DNA of 63,878 nt, counting the filler, from Reclinomonas americana ATCC 50394 (taxonomy: Eukaryota): the NCBI GenBank assembly GCA_048213135.1. It is 7 parts of 3 records of this genome, joined end to end, with 100 filler letters (N's around TTAATTAATTAA, not from the genome) between each part and the next. Parts side by side here need not be neighbours in the genome. Positions count along the whole stretch, not along the records: positions 1 to 2,130 come from PS015447.1; positions 2,231 to 21,482 come from PS015447.1; 5 more parts are not named here. One strand, 5' to 3'. Below the pieces are notes generated by a model. The model was not told where the DNA came from and did no database searches. It saw nothing but the letters and a program-made list of their open reading frames with translations. Positions within the stretch are counted from its first letter, which is position 1; every line of letters starts with the position of its first letter. The position numbers and the translations under genes were made by a program. Of this stretch, positions 1-12,500 are shown in pieces.

Positions 1-81
1 AGTGAGTGGAGGGGAGAGAGAGAAAGAGACTACAACAACAAAAAAGCAACAAGAAGGACAAGAAGAATCACACATGCGCAC

Positions 82-340
82 CCAAACTTCCTCCGTGTCG
101 GCATCGTAGACCAGCTTGACCTTCCCGTAGGCGCCGGCGCCTAGTTTCTTCACCACCACGTACTTGTTGATCATCTTGGCGCCGTCCTCGGTCGACCCAA
201 AATGCACCTGGCCCGACGAGAGCACGCGAACGTGTGATGATGATGAGCCGCCACCTCTGTTCCCATCCATCGTCGTCATCTCGCCCGACTGTGGTCCTCC
301 CCCTTCGCCGTCGTCGTCGGTCACGGGGCGCACACCGGCC
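82..340 (-). CDS. Exon of a CaMKK/GRIK-like Ser/Thr protein kinase (start of kinase domain; gene runs off the window's left edge)
   Basis: Minus-strand translation ...VHFGSTEDGAKMINKYVVVKKLGAGAYGKVKLVYDADTEEVW contains the Gly-rich loop GxGxYGKV preceded by the KMINxY motif typical of CaMKK/GRIK kinases; GT donor at 81-80. Confidence 0.7.
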
Positions 341-1876
341 GCTGTTGTGTGTGTGTGAGAGAGAGAGAGTGAGTGAGTGAGTTGCTGATCAGCGCATGCA
401 TTCCCTTTCGGTGCGCGCACCATCCTTGGATTTGCTGCAGCCCATGGTTCAAACTCCGCTGTCGCCAGGCGTACGTGTGTGTGTGTGTGTGATGTGCGTG
501 TGTGTGCGTGTGTGTGTGCGTGGGGAGTTCGGGGAAAATGTCGGCGACTCCTCACAACGCGCGCACGCCCTCGCTCTCCACTGGTGTGGGTTTGAGTGGG
601 ATGCAAAGAGAGACAGAGGCCAGCAGGCGACGGCAGCCGCAACCGACGTTGAGGCGTGCGGCAACGAGCGAGAGAGAGAGAGAGAGAAGGGGGGTCAATG
701 GAGGGGACTCGCGAGCGCGGCGGCTATAGCTACGAAGTACTAGTTCGAACCCGTGGATGCAGTCGTCGTTGGCGGTGGAGGCGTGTGATGGTCTGCAATT
801 ATTGGGTGAGTGTGAGATCAATGACGCGCGCAGGGAGAGGGAGGGGAGAGAGGGGGAGAGAGACAACGAGAGTGGTTATTCGAAATCCCGATATTCCTCC
901 GATATTGCAGTCGCGGCCGTTTCTGGTTCCTGCGAGGACCCTGTTGCGGTCATGCGCAGCGGTATGCCGTGCGATGAGGGGTCTCCTCCCCGTCAGCCAC
1001 ACACACCACCACAGCCGTCGTGCCGTTCCTGCGTGGAACGCAATTGTTCGGATTCATGGTGTTGCATCGCATTGACCAGTTTTTTTGTAGAGCTCACGAC
1101 GGAGGGACTTCTGTGGATGAAAGGCCCACTTTTCGTCTCTCCAGATGCGTTCACCACTGAAGCCGTGCATTCTCGCAGCAATGCGGATCGGAGCCGACCT
1201 GTGGTCGCGCCTGTGCCGGCGGTGCGTGCAAAAGACAAAGCGATTGCGGTGTGAGCTGTCTGTGTGAATTCGGCAAGCGGGTTGCGTTTGGGGATGACCT
1301 GACGCCGAATGGATTCATAACGGCCAGCTCCTGCAGCTCGAACTGCAGCAAACCAGCGATTTGATCTGCAAACTGAATTGGAATTCGAATTCAATTGCAA
1401 ATCCTCCAGGTTGAATCAGGGTTGTCAACAGTTCAACCCGGCCAGCATTGTATACCCCTCCCCTACTAGTACTGTAGACGGGCACCACGGGCAAGATCTC
1501 GATCCGCCGTTCCAATATCGCGTGAGCTTCGAATTCAGATTGTAGCGCTCACCTCGCTATCTGCGCCTTGCATCCAGTTTGCGGACTGCCATGGAGACGA
1601 CAGCAAGCGCCATGCAGCCGGCCACAGCTTTGGATTTCACCATCCGACGAGCCAATCGACTGCCACTCATACAATACAATCGAGATCGAAGTGCACAAGT
1701 GAAGTGCCTGCCACGCGCGCTTTCGACATTTGGCGTGCTCCGTTTCCCGCACGCACACACACACACACGACATTTGCGCGCGCGCGTGTGTGTGAGCGTG
1801 AGCGTGAGCGTGTGCGCTTCTGATCGCGCGTCATCGCCACCTCCTCGTCTCTTTCTCCCTTCTCTCTGTTGAGCGG

Positions 1877-2113
1877 ATGGCAGAAAAGTTGTTTCTGAAG
1901 GTGGTGGAGGGACTGTATGTGTTTCGCTATCCGGGCTACGACTACAACAAGCCGAGCTCGCACCCCTCCAACGTGTCGGCACTAACGGTTGAGAAGCGAG
2001 ACAAGTACCTCACGCAAGTCAACGAGCATGTGCGCTCCCGCCACTGCGGCTGCTACATGGTGGTCTCGTGGGATCGCAGGAAGTTTGCCGAAGATCTCTT
2101 TGTCGATGGCTCG
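1877..2113 (+). CDS. 5' exon of a hypothetical protein, possibly PTEN/tensin-like domain (truncated by contig end)
   Basis: MAEKLFLKVVEGLYVFRYPG...DKYLTQVNEHVRSRHCGCYMVVSWDRRKF with coding-like codon usage and a GTGCGT donor; only loose resemblance to the start of PTEN-like domains. Confidence 0.35.
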
Positions 2114-2130
2114 GTGCGTGCGTGCGTGCG

Positions 2131-2230
2131 NNNNNNNNNNNNNNNNNNNNNNNNNNNNNNNNNNNNNNNNNNNNTTAATTAATTAANNNNNNNNNNNNNN
2201 NNNNNNNNNNNNNNNNNNNNNNNNNNNNNN
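2131..2230. other. Artificial contig linker N44-TTAATTAATTAA-N44 (further copies have their cores at 21527-21538, 26072-26083, 31649-31660, 37004-37015 and 61292-61303)
   Basis: Identical 12-mer giving stops in all six frames, embedded in N runs, six times. Confidence 0.97.
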
Positions 2231-2271
2231 GTAGTGAGCAAGAGTATGCGAGCAGCAAAACAACTGACGTA

Positions 2272-4582
2272 CCGCTTTTGCTGAGGACGAGATCAGCCGT
2301 TCAAGGTCGACTTGCGGAAGAAGCTGAGGTACGTGGGCCGGCGGTGCCAATCGTCCCGGCGGTGCTGGCGGGTACGGGTGGTGCGGTTGTGGTGGAGGTG
2401 GTGGCGGTGGCAGTGGCACAGGGTTTGCAGGGGCAACAGATACCACACCAAAGCGTATTGGCGAGCCGTCCTTATTAAGCGGCACATCATAGATATCGCG
2501 CGCCTTGGCCACCTCTGGTTGTGGTCGTCGAAGCGACAAGAACGGATTGGAGGGGCTCGCCGGCGATTGCAGTGACTTGGGTGACGCCGGCGACGGTGAT
2601 GAAGCCTGCTGAGCGAACGGACCGGTCGGCAGTGGAGATGACACGGGTGCCGAGATCGCCGCCAGCGCCGACACCACAGCGTCACCAACCTCCTCCGACT
2701 TCTTTTCCTCCGGTTCCCACTCGCTGCGAACGCTGTCGACAAGACTCTGCAGCGACTGCAGCGCCTCGCCGAAGCCGCCAGTGCGCTCATTCACCTGGCC
2801 GATGCGCTCCAAGCTGCGCCGCAGGGAGACCAATAGATCGCCGTGTGACCTTGGTGGAGCGCGCTCCATCTGAGCGCAGTGGGCGAGTGAGCACCACATC
2901 ACATGCCGCACACTCACCATGTAAGCTTCTCACCGTGGGCAACTGCGGTGGCGGGAGCGTGTGCACTGGGCGCGCCTCCTCTCGTCGACCGGGCACTGGC
3001 ATGGGAAATTGCAGCGCTGGTGAATTGAAGAACTTGTTGCCACTTGACGACGCCGAGCCACCCGCCGCCGCCGCCGTCGGAACCCCACTCGACGACGCTG
3101 AACTGCTGCCAGCACCAAACGAGGAGGGAGAACTGAAGTGCAACAGGAGAACATTGCGCAGCTGGTTGAAGCCGAAGCGCGGCGTGCCGAGAAGTGCTCG
3201 CAGAGGTGGATCGCACACCACCACCATCTCCCTGGCCGAGTACAAGTTATTCTGCTCAATGTACCGCCCGAGCCACCTGCCAGCCGAGGATCAGTTAGGA
3301 GTGAAGCTTGCGCAACGCATTTCATATCCCCCCACTCACCGAAACACTTGCTGGTACGTACACGGACCTCGCTGGTAGCCAGGCACGTACTTGGACAAGA
3401 ACGCCGACAGCTGCGGGCCAACCAGCACCTTTTCCGACGAACCCTCATTCGCCTCCTCCATGGCCTCCACATTCTCTTCCTCGTCGTCGCTGGCATCGGC
3501 AGCCTTCAGCTCGTCCTCCGTCTGTGCCGAGTCAGCAAGGCACACAAGAGAGAGAGAGAGAGAGAGATTGCAGAGAGACGCAACGAGATCGGGCTTGGCG
3601 CTCCACGTGCCGGGAGGCGACTCGACGGCCACCTGCGGCAGCGTGTGCGTCCACACCGGTGGATCCACATTGTACTCCTTGACGAGACGATCGTGTGGCG
3701 TCGGCCCCAGCTCTCGCAGTCGATTCAGCAGGTTGCACGCCAACGCCATCCCACTCTGCGTTCCGAAAAACAGGCCATACGCTTCCCGACTGCCTGCCGC
3801 TGTGCGCACAACCCGGAAAAACACAAAGCATGACTCTCACACAAACAAGCGACGCCATGTTGATGCCCAGCTTACCATCAACATCCAGCATCGTAGTCAC
3901 ACGAATGAGCTCCTCCGAGCGCACCTTGAGTGTCGACAGCGAGCCTCGCGACTCCTCCAGCACATGCACCTCGGGCATTCTCCACGACGGTTTCCCCGAC
4001 TCGTCCCCTCCCAATGACTCCACCGTCGCCGGCAACAGGCCCACATTGTGCATCGCCACCAGCGTGGCACTGGCTGGTGGTGGCTTGGGCACTGGAAACT
4101 CACGTGTCGGCATGTGCAACACCAGCACCGCGACATCGATCTTGAGTGCGGCCGCCACTCGCTCACGCAAATGCCGAACACTGCGCGCGTATTGACGCAC
4201 AACGGTGCCATTCGGCAACAACACTAGCACGCTGACCAGTGGCCCTGTGCCCAGTGAGAGAGAGAAAAGTGTCAGCGGTGGAATGGACTCTTGACTCCTC
4301 ACACACTCATGCATTGTGTGTGCATGTCACGCAACAATCAGGGTCGTCTAGAACAGGTGGAGGTGCTGGTTGCACGGGTGCTGGTGGTGCTGGCATGTTG
4401 ACACCAAAGCGAGGCGGAGGTGGAACGGGAACGGCGGGTGCTTGTGGGCGGCCAAACATCAGCTGATGTGGTGCCTGTACAGGCTGTGCTAGCCGTGGTG
4501 CCGGTACAGGTTGTGGTAGCTGTGGTGGCTGCGGGCGAGGCCCATTGTCCTCGTTTTCGTTGGGTGATGCTGCGCGTTGCAT
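2272..4582 (-). CDS. Multi-exon SWIB/MDM2-domain protein with Pro-rich termini (3' truncated)
   Basis: Spliced segment QLSAFLSKYVPGYQRGPCTYQQVFRWLGRYIEQNNLYSAREMVVVCDPPLRALLGTPRFGFNQLRNVLLLHF matches the SWIB pattern (YIxxNNL...CDxxLxxLxG...LxxHF); likely ATG at 4582. Confidence 0.7.
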
Positions 4583-4695
4583 GCGACTCGACTTGACTTT
4601 GTTTGTCTGTCGTCCGTCACGCAATGACGTGCGGGACATTAGTGAAGCCGGTATGCAACATGCAAGTTGCGAGTGTGCTTGAGTACGTTCATTAA

Positions 4696-6999
4696 TTATG
4701 TGCACACGCTCTTGAAACCCATTCTTCCGCCAATCTCAAGGTCGTTGAGCACCTGCGCGCGTCCAGCCAGCGGTGTGAGTGCATGCAGAGAGTTACCGGC
4801 ATACACGAACACGCAACTGTACGAATTCCAGTGTACACCATGAGGCACGTGGAGGCGGCGATGAGGGAGCCGATGACGAGGACGACGGCGCTCTGCTTGC
4901 GGTACTTCTTCACCACGTAGCCAATGGCCATGTTGCCGATCAGAGCGGAGAAGAGACCGGCGAAAAAGTACACGATACCGAAACCGAGTGGCATGCGGCC
5001 GAGGCTGATGAACTGGAAGGTGGCCGACGAGGCGGTGAACCCCTGCAGCGTTTGTGCACAAGTGAGAGTCGCAGTGAATAAGGCCACAGACAGAAGAGGG
5101 CGCGGGACGGGACGCAACAATCATGAGCGCGGCGGTGGCCGAGGCCACTTGCGGATTGACGCCCAAGTACAACAGGATTGGACCCTTGATCATGCCGCCA
5201 CCAATGCCCAGCAGACCGGCGATGACTCCCGCAAACACCGAGAGAGCGGGAAGCACGAACAGATTGCGCCGTGTCCACTTGATGTCTGACGACTGCGTGC
5301 GCATGTCAGTTTGTGCTGCAAGACAGCAAAGAAAACACATCAACGCGACAAACCAGCGACGGATAGCCGATGCTTATCTGCACAATAACAACAGCACGCA
5401 TGTGAGGGTGGGGCAACAACAAAGGTCACAGTGACATGCGCAAGAACGCAACCTTCAGGTCATGCTCGCGGATGAGACGGCGGCCAACAAACCAGGTGAT
5501 GCCGACGAGGACCGGCACCGAGAGCAGCACGAGCACCCAGTACAGCGGACTGCAGCTGGCCACTCCAAGCACACTCGGTGCTGGTGTCGTGCCTCAGCAC
5601 ACAGCAAACGAACACATGCATGCGCGTGCAAGCCACAACGCACCTCCGTGACCGCCCTTGAGCATCATCAGAGTAAAGACCACCACCCACGAAATGCCGA
5701 GGAGCAGCAGCTTGTCCCACGGTGTCTTGCTCTCCTTGACCTTTAGTTTGGTGACTTGCGGGTTCTCCACTGCGGCGAGTGGTGCAGGTGAGCGGAGGAG
5801 AAAAAGTCCATTTCACCCCTCGTGCACACGCAACAAATGAGCGGCTCGTCGTCCGACAGATCGTCATCGTCGTCGGCGGTCGATGTGACCGACCCCGACG
5901 ACGCCAGCAGCTTCTTGCCGTCATTGGTGCCCTTCTTGGTGGCCACCACCTGCATCTCGGTCTCGGCCTTGGCACGAGCCGCGGCAGCCGTGCGTTCTGC
6001 CACCAACACCAATCAACCAACATCAGTGAACGATCGCGCAGAAGCGAGAGCAGCGCGCATGGAGCGGAGCAGCACCTTTGCGATGCAGCTGCACGCCCTT
6101 CTCGATGGTCTTCCACGCCGAGAAGCCCAGCACACCGAGCAGGAGAATAACGACGAGCCAGGTGGGGAACATGACGTTGAGGAAGACGCCGAGCGTGGTG
6201 CCGAGCAGTGTCGACGGCTCCAACACCAGTGCCGTTCCTGCACCACAACTCGCGGTCAGCAGAAGACCACCGTGCCTCCCTTCCCCAACACCACACGCAC
6301 GCACCATAATCGATGAGTGGGCGGTCGGCCTCGGGATGGCGCTGCCACACGTTGAGCGAAAAGTTCCCGATGGAACCACCAAAGATGGCCACGGTCGACA
6401 GCGCCACCGCCAGGCCCGTCGAGTACTGGCCCACCAGCAAGAAGATGGGAATGAACAGGCCTCCACCACCAATGCCACCGGCACCGGCAAACGCACCACC
6501 CACAAACATGCACTGTGTGACAGTCAGCAGCAATCGGAACACACGCCACCATTTTTGCTCGCAGCTTGCTCACCACCAGAGCCACAATATCGCGTGTGGT
6601 GAACGGCAGCAGTCGCTTCACATCGCACACGCCTGCGTAGCAGAGCTCCACGTTGGGGCAGTCATCGGCCACGTCTTCATCGCACAGGCTGTTTGTTAAC
6701 CCCCCATGAGAAGAATGCATGCTTAGTGATGACTCTGACACACACACCTGCAGACTGCGGTGTTGTTTGAGGCGCGACAAGGCATGTGATTGCAGTCGTG
6801 CCACGTGTTGCATGCGTCGCCTGCTGCACCGTCGCCCCACCCAACATCTGTTGATTGCACGCAAGTGTGAGTGAGAATGCATTCATGTGTGTGAGCGGAA
6901 GAATGCATGCATGCAACTGTCAGCATGCGCGACACTGATGATGCAGCATGCGGCGACGAGGATGAGGAGTACGGCCACGGTGTAGTGCCGTGGTGTCAT
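4696..6999 (-). CDS. Sulfite exporter TauE/SafE (TSUP) family membrane protein, multi-exon
   Basis: Two Gly-rich repeats, AGAGGIGGGGLFIPIFLL and AGLLGIGGGMIKGPILLYLGVNPQVASATAA, the RPLIDY motif, many TM segments and a signal-like N-terminus. Confidence 0.88.
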
Positions 7000-7136
7000 C
7001 GCCCTCTCTCTCTCACACAACAAGAAAAGGCAAGGGACGAGGACTGATTGTGATCACTCGTGATTGCTTTCATTCCGACGTTCAAAAATGAGGAGGGGGG
7101 TTGAATTAATAAGCGGGCGGTGGAAGAAAGAGGCGC

Positions 7137-8154
7137 TTAGCTGCGGGCAGCGTAGTACTCGTGCACCTTGGGGTGCGCGTGCGCCTTCTCGTGCACAGTC
7201 ATGAGGTGCGAGTAGCTGTCGGCAATGGTGGTGGGGATGTGGTCGAGGTTGCCCGACTGCATGCGCATCAAAAACAACAACATCAGCGACAGAAAGAAGG
7301 AAAGGCGGGAAGGAGGGTGGAGGCGTAGTATGCACCTTGATGGCGTCAATCGACTGCATAATGTACAGATCGGCGACGGTGATGTTCTCGCCGACGGCGT
7401 AGCCACTGCCCGTGGTGTTGAGCGCGAGGATCTCCTCCAGTCCGCGCAGCAGCGTGGGGATGTCCTTCGCGGCCAGCTCCTCGCGCATGGCCTTCTTCTT
7501 CTCCGGATCCTGCTCCTTGAACGACGGACCCATGCGGTAGCTGCAACATGCAACAACAATGGTGAGTCTCTCATGGAGGCCAAGCAAGAACACAGCCGTG
7601 TGCAACGCAACAAGAGGTCGTGGAACGCATCGAGCAGCTCGTCCACGCGCAGCTGGGCGAGGTCGTCGCTGGGGTACAAGCCCACCTGCTTGGCCACGTA
7701 TCTGCGCACCAAAAACAACACAAACAGTCAAAAACAAGAAAAAACGCGGAGAATTACATGCATTATTGCATGCATTGTCATCTCTCACTCACCGAGCAAT
7801 GGGGATGCTCTGCGTGTACTTGACGCCGTTCACCTACACAGTGTGCACAGCAGTGAGTATAATGCAGTGTGCGTGCACACACAGAGAGAGAGAGAGGAAG
7901 ACGCAACGTGCAGCTCGGGCAACGCATTGAAGCGCACCTCGCCGGCGGCCTTGCGGCGGCCAAACTCCTCAAAGGAGATGCGCTCTGTGTGCGTGCGCGC
8001 GCGCCTTCAGTGAGACACACACACAAAGAGAGAGAGAGGAGAGAGAAAAGAGTGGCAAACCATCCTCAAACGAGATGCCACCAATGTGGAACAGCAGGCG
8101 CGCAAGCTCAGCGCGGCCCGGGAACGGGAAGTAAGTCAACTTGTACTCAGCCAT
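7137..8154 (-). CDS. Glutathione S-transferase (sigma-like), copy 1
   Basis: MAEYKLTYFPFPGRAELARLLF...LPELHVNGVKYTQSIPIARYVAKQVGLYP...VGENITVADL...HPKVHEYYAARS* after splicing. Confidence 0.93.
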
Positions 8155-8469
8155 GGAAGAAGAAGAAAGAGTGGTGGTCAGCGCTCACGAGAACACAAAG
8201 AAAGTTTGGAATAATCAAAATTGCGCACGCGCTGCGATATTTCTCCGAGCGAGCTCCGAGGTCGGAGTGCATGCAATGCCGGCTCGCGCTTGCTCGCTGC
8301 GTGCGAGAGCGAGCACTCCCGGTCGCACGGATGCGAGCATTTATTTCGGGTCGACGTGGCACACATGCACACATGAACGCAGCGGGAATGAAAAGAAACA
8401 AACGGATCAGGATTTGCAAGCACATTTCACTCGCGCTGGCCATATGCATGCCACAGCTCCCCCTCGAGC

Positions 8470-9389
8470 TCACTTTGCGTGCATGGCCTTCCACTCCTGC
8501 ACTTTGGGGTGCTCCGCCACGCGATTGACAATGCTGATGATGAGCGGGTAATCGTCGGCAATGGTCGCCGGCATGCCCTCGATGCGTCCGCCACGCAAAT
8601 AGTTAATGTTTTGCGCCAGCCACAAGTCGGCCACAGTCATATTCTCGCCCACGGCCCACCCGCTGCGCGTGGGATTCGTCGAGAGGATCTGCTCGACTCC
8701 GCGCAGGCAGTTGGGCACGTCCACGGTCACGGCGGTGGCCAGGCGCGTTTTGCGCACCTCAGGATCCTTCTCGTGCACCGCCGGTGAAATGCGGTACACA
8801 ATGTCGTGCAGCGCGTCCAGCAGCTCATCCACGCGGAATGCCTCCATTCTGTGCACGAGAAGGTTGGCCAGAAGAGAGAGAGAGATGGAGAAGAGGAGAA
8901 GAGGGCGCTTCGCAACGGATCCTCTGGGTACAAGTGGGCGAGACGAGCAGCAAAGCTGCACAAGAGGCGCGTTCAGTCAGAGAGGGCGGTGAGTGGAGAG
9001 ACGCTCATACACAAGGGAGCGGACACACCGTGCCATTGGCACACACTGAGTGAACTTGACGCCGTCGACCTGCAGCTTGCTCAATCAGTCTCTACCAAAA
9101 TGTGCATTTTGCATCTCTGACTCTCTCTCACACACACGCACAATCATCTCTGGCACTTGGCCGAAACGCAGTTCACCGGCGGTCTTGCGACGCGCAAACT
9201 CCTCAAACGAAATGCGTTCTGTGAGTGCATGTGTGTGTGTGTGTGCGATCGGAACAATGCACGCGATGATCGCCTGACAACAACGCGACGCATACCATCC
9301 TCAAACGGAATGTCGCCCAGGAAGAGCGCAAGGCGAGTGACCTCCACACGGCCGGGGAAGTCAAAGTATGTGACCTTGATTTCAGACAT
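8470..9389 (-). CDS. Glutathione S-transferase (sigma-like), copy 2
   Basis: MSEIKVTYFDFPGRVEVTRLALF...FGQVPEMIVDGVKFTQ...VGENMTVADL...HPKVQEWKAMHAK*; tandem paralog of copy 1. Confidence 0.92.
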
Positions 9390-9507
9390 GTGGAACGACG
9401 ACGATGATGACTCCGCAAGAGTGTTACAAACGGGATGATTGCAAAGCGGACAAGCCGCAATGGAACAACGTCGCCACCGCGCATGTTTTTACGTTACGGG
9501 AGGCGAC

Positions 9508-12500
9508 TCAGGCGGGGCCAGTGGGCGTGACCCACGTTCTCCACCCATACCGTTCTGAATCGGTCTCGAAACCGGTAATGGTTCGACGACAGAGCGGGCA
9601 CTCGGCACCGCCACGCGCCGTCAGCATACCGGCGCACGAGTGGCACAGCACCTGGTGGCTGCACGGCTGGAGTNNNNNNNNNNNNNNNNNNNNNNNNNNN
9701 NNNNNNNNNNNNNNNNNNNNNNNNNNNNNNNNNNNNNNNNNNNNNNNNNNNNNNNNNNNNNNNNNNNNNNNNNNNNNNNNNNNNNNNNNNNNNNNNNNNN
9801 NNNNNNNNNNNNNNNNNNNNNNNNNNNNNNNNNNNNNNNNNNNNNNNNNNNNNNNNNNNNNNNNNNNNNNNNNNNNNNNNNNNNNNNNNNNNNNNNNNNN
9901 NNNNNNNNNNNNNNNNNNNNNNNNNNNNNNNNNNNNNNNNNNNNNNNNNNNNNNNNNNNNNNNNNNNNNNNNNNNNNNNNNNNNNNNNNNNNNNNNNNNN
10001 NNNNNNNNNNNNNNNNNNNNNNNNNNNNNNNNNNNNNNNNNNNNNNNNNNNNNNNNNNNNNNNNNNNNNNNNNNNNNNNNNNNNNNNNNNNNNNNNNNNN
10101 NNNNNNNNNNNNNNNNNNNNNNNNNNNNNNNNNNNNNNNNNNNNCGTGTGTCGCGCAAGCTGTCGCACACCATGCACGCACGACGTGCGCACAGCACCGA
10201 CAACTCGACGAGTTCAGTCACCAGCTGCGCCGCGGTCGGCCGACGTCCCTGGTTGGCGTCGACGCAGCTGCAGGAGAAGAAGAGGGCACGCTGCGAGGTG
10301 AGTGCAACACAGCACCACAACGGCAGCATTCGCAATGCTCACCGCAAGAACAGCTGCACAATGCGCTCGCACAGCTGCGCCGGCCACACGCGACCGGCAC
10401 TCGAATCACCCATTTCCGAGGCGCGCGCCGCCACCACGTCCTCATCCGCTCCCTCCAGCTCCGCCAGCACATCGTGTACGTAGTCAATGTCTTTGCCCGT
10501 GAAGAGCTGCATCAACACCAGGCCCAACGAGTACACATCGGCACTCGGACGCAGACGACCGCGGAACGACTGNNNNNNNNNNNNNNNNNNNNNNNNNNNN
10601 NNNNNNNNNNNNNNNNNNNNNNNNNNNNNNNNNNNNNNNNNNNNNNNNNNNNNNNNNNNNNNNNNNNNNNNNNNNNNNNNNNNNNNNNNNNNNNNNNNNN
10701 NNNNNNNNNNNNNNNNNNNNNNNNNNNNNNNNNNNNNNNNNNNNNNNNNNNNNNNNNNNNNNNNNNNNNNNNNNNNNNNNNNNNNNNNNNNNNNNNNNNN
10801 NNNNNNNNNNNNNNNNNNNNNNNNNNNNNNNNNNNNNNNNNNNNNNNNNNNNNNNNNNNNNNNNNNNNNNNNNNNNNNNNNNNNNNNNNNNNNNNNNNNN
10901 NNNNNNNNNNNNNNNNNNNNNNNNNNNNNNNNNNNNNNNNNNNNNNNNNNNNNNNNNNNNNNNNNNNNNNNNNNNNNNNNNNNNNNNNNNNNNNNNNNNN
11001 NNNNNNNNNNNNNNNNNNNNNNNNNNNNNNNNNNNNNNNNNNNNNNNNNNNNNNNNNNNNNNNNNNNNNNNNNNNNNNNNNNNNNNNNNNNNNNNNNNNN
11101 NNNNNNNNNNNNNNNNNNNNNNNNNNNNNNNNNNNNNNNNNNNNNNNNNNNNNNNNNNNNNNNNNNNNNNNNNNNNNNNNNNNNNNNNNNNNNNNNNNNN
11201 NNNNNNNNNNNNNNNNNNNNNNNNNNNNNNNNNNNNNNNNNNNNNNNNNNNNNNNNNNNNNNNNNNNTGGATCGGCGTAGCGCAAATCGCCGGCAAACAC
11301 GGTGCGAACAGTCTGCACACCACGCCACACAACAAAAACATCAGTCACTGCGAGTCGGTGCTGTGTGCGAGCACAAGTGACCTGATCCGCCTTGAACCAG
11401 TGCGCAATGCCGAGGTCGCCAACACACGCTCGTCCGGCGTCATCAAACAGGATGTTGTCGGGCTTGATGTCGCGATGAATCACTGAGCGTGTATAGTGGT
11501 GAGGAGATGCTGCACTGACGGGCGCGAGAGAATGATTGTCTTACCATTCTGTTGTGCAGGTTCGGCACGGATACAAGCAGCAAAAAACGTGAGCAACAAG
11601 GAAAAATCAAAACCTACGTGAAGATCGTGTCAACATCGCACCTTGCTGCAGTGCACCACAGTGCGGTGGTAGTGAGCGAATAGCGACGTATACAGAGAAG
11701 AGAGAGAGTGTGTGCATCCCTCGTACCTATGAATCCCGGCCACCACTTCCGCACATCGCAAGATGCATGCAATGCGTTCCTCGATGGTCATGGGAGGCAG
11801 ACTGCGCTGCTGGTAGTGCAATAGCCGGTGGCTCAGGTTGTGCTCACTGCGCCAGATTTGGTGAGTGCGCTCTATTTTGATTGACCAAGACGCAATAGCA
11901 GACTGCTGCACCTCATGGCCTCCAACACGATGCATCGGTCGGCGGTGTCCGACTCAGCGAAACCAATCATGCGCACCAGACCAGGGATGCACAACTTGGT
12001 CAACATCTCCACCTGCATCAAGAGAGAGAGAGAGGAACAATCGTTAGTGTGTGTCCAATCCCACATGCATCCAGGAGGAGGAGGAGGAGGAGGAGGAGAT
12101 TGCGACGAAACTTCGGTGCCAAACGACGCAATGTTCCACGGAGAGGCGGCGTCAAACACCTTGACCACCACCGGCTGCTGGCCCCACATGCCGCGGTACA
12201 CCGCCGCTTGCCCTCCCTCCGCCATGCGTTGTGAGAGGCCTCCTGTTATGGTCACAATCTGTGACCACGTGAACACCGTCGGCGACACTGCATCGCATTG
12301 GCCCAGACTTGCGTGAGCCAACAAAACAAGCGCGGAAACATGAGCGCGCGACGCACATACCCTGCTGATGCATCTGTTGCTGCAAAATGGCCAGATCACG
12401 ACGAGCCGCTTCGGCACGCTCACATTCCTCGGCGCGCTGCCGGTCAAGCTGCTCCAGCGCCGCCTGCATCTGCACCAGTTGTTCGTTGGCGGCGGCGAGC

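Noticed and set aside
757..1560. Overlapping ORFs on both strands and a GAATTCGAATTC palindrome (1381-1392) with nearby short inverted repeats
   Set aside because: No recognisable domain, RNA motif or element ends; short palindromes of this size can arise by chance.
2175..2186. TTAATTAATTAA motif repeated six times, as a possible biological repeat or piggyBac-type TTAA target
   Set aside because: Always centred in 44+44 Ns; it is an artificial six-frame-stop linker.
9404..11483. Long ORFs in the supplied track containing X runs (also around 32.4-34.9, 37.9-39.8 and 47-50 kb)
   Set aside because: Their length comes from translating N gaps.
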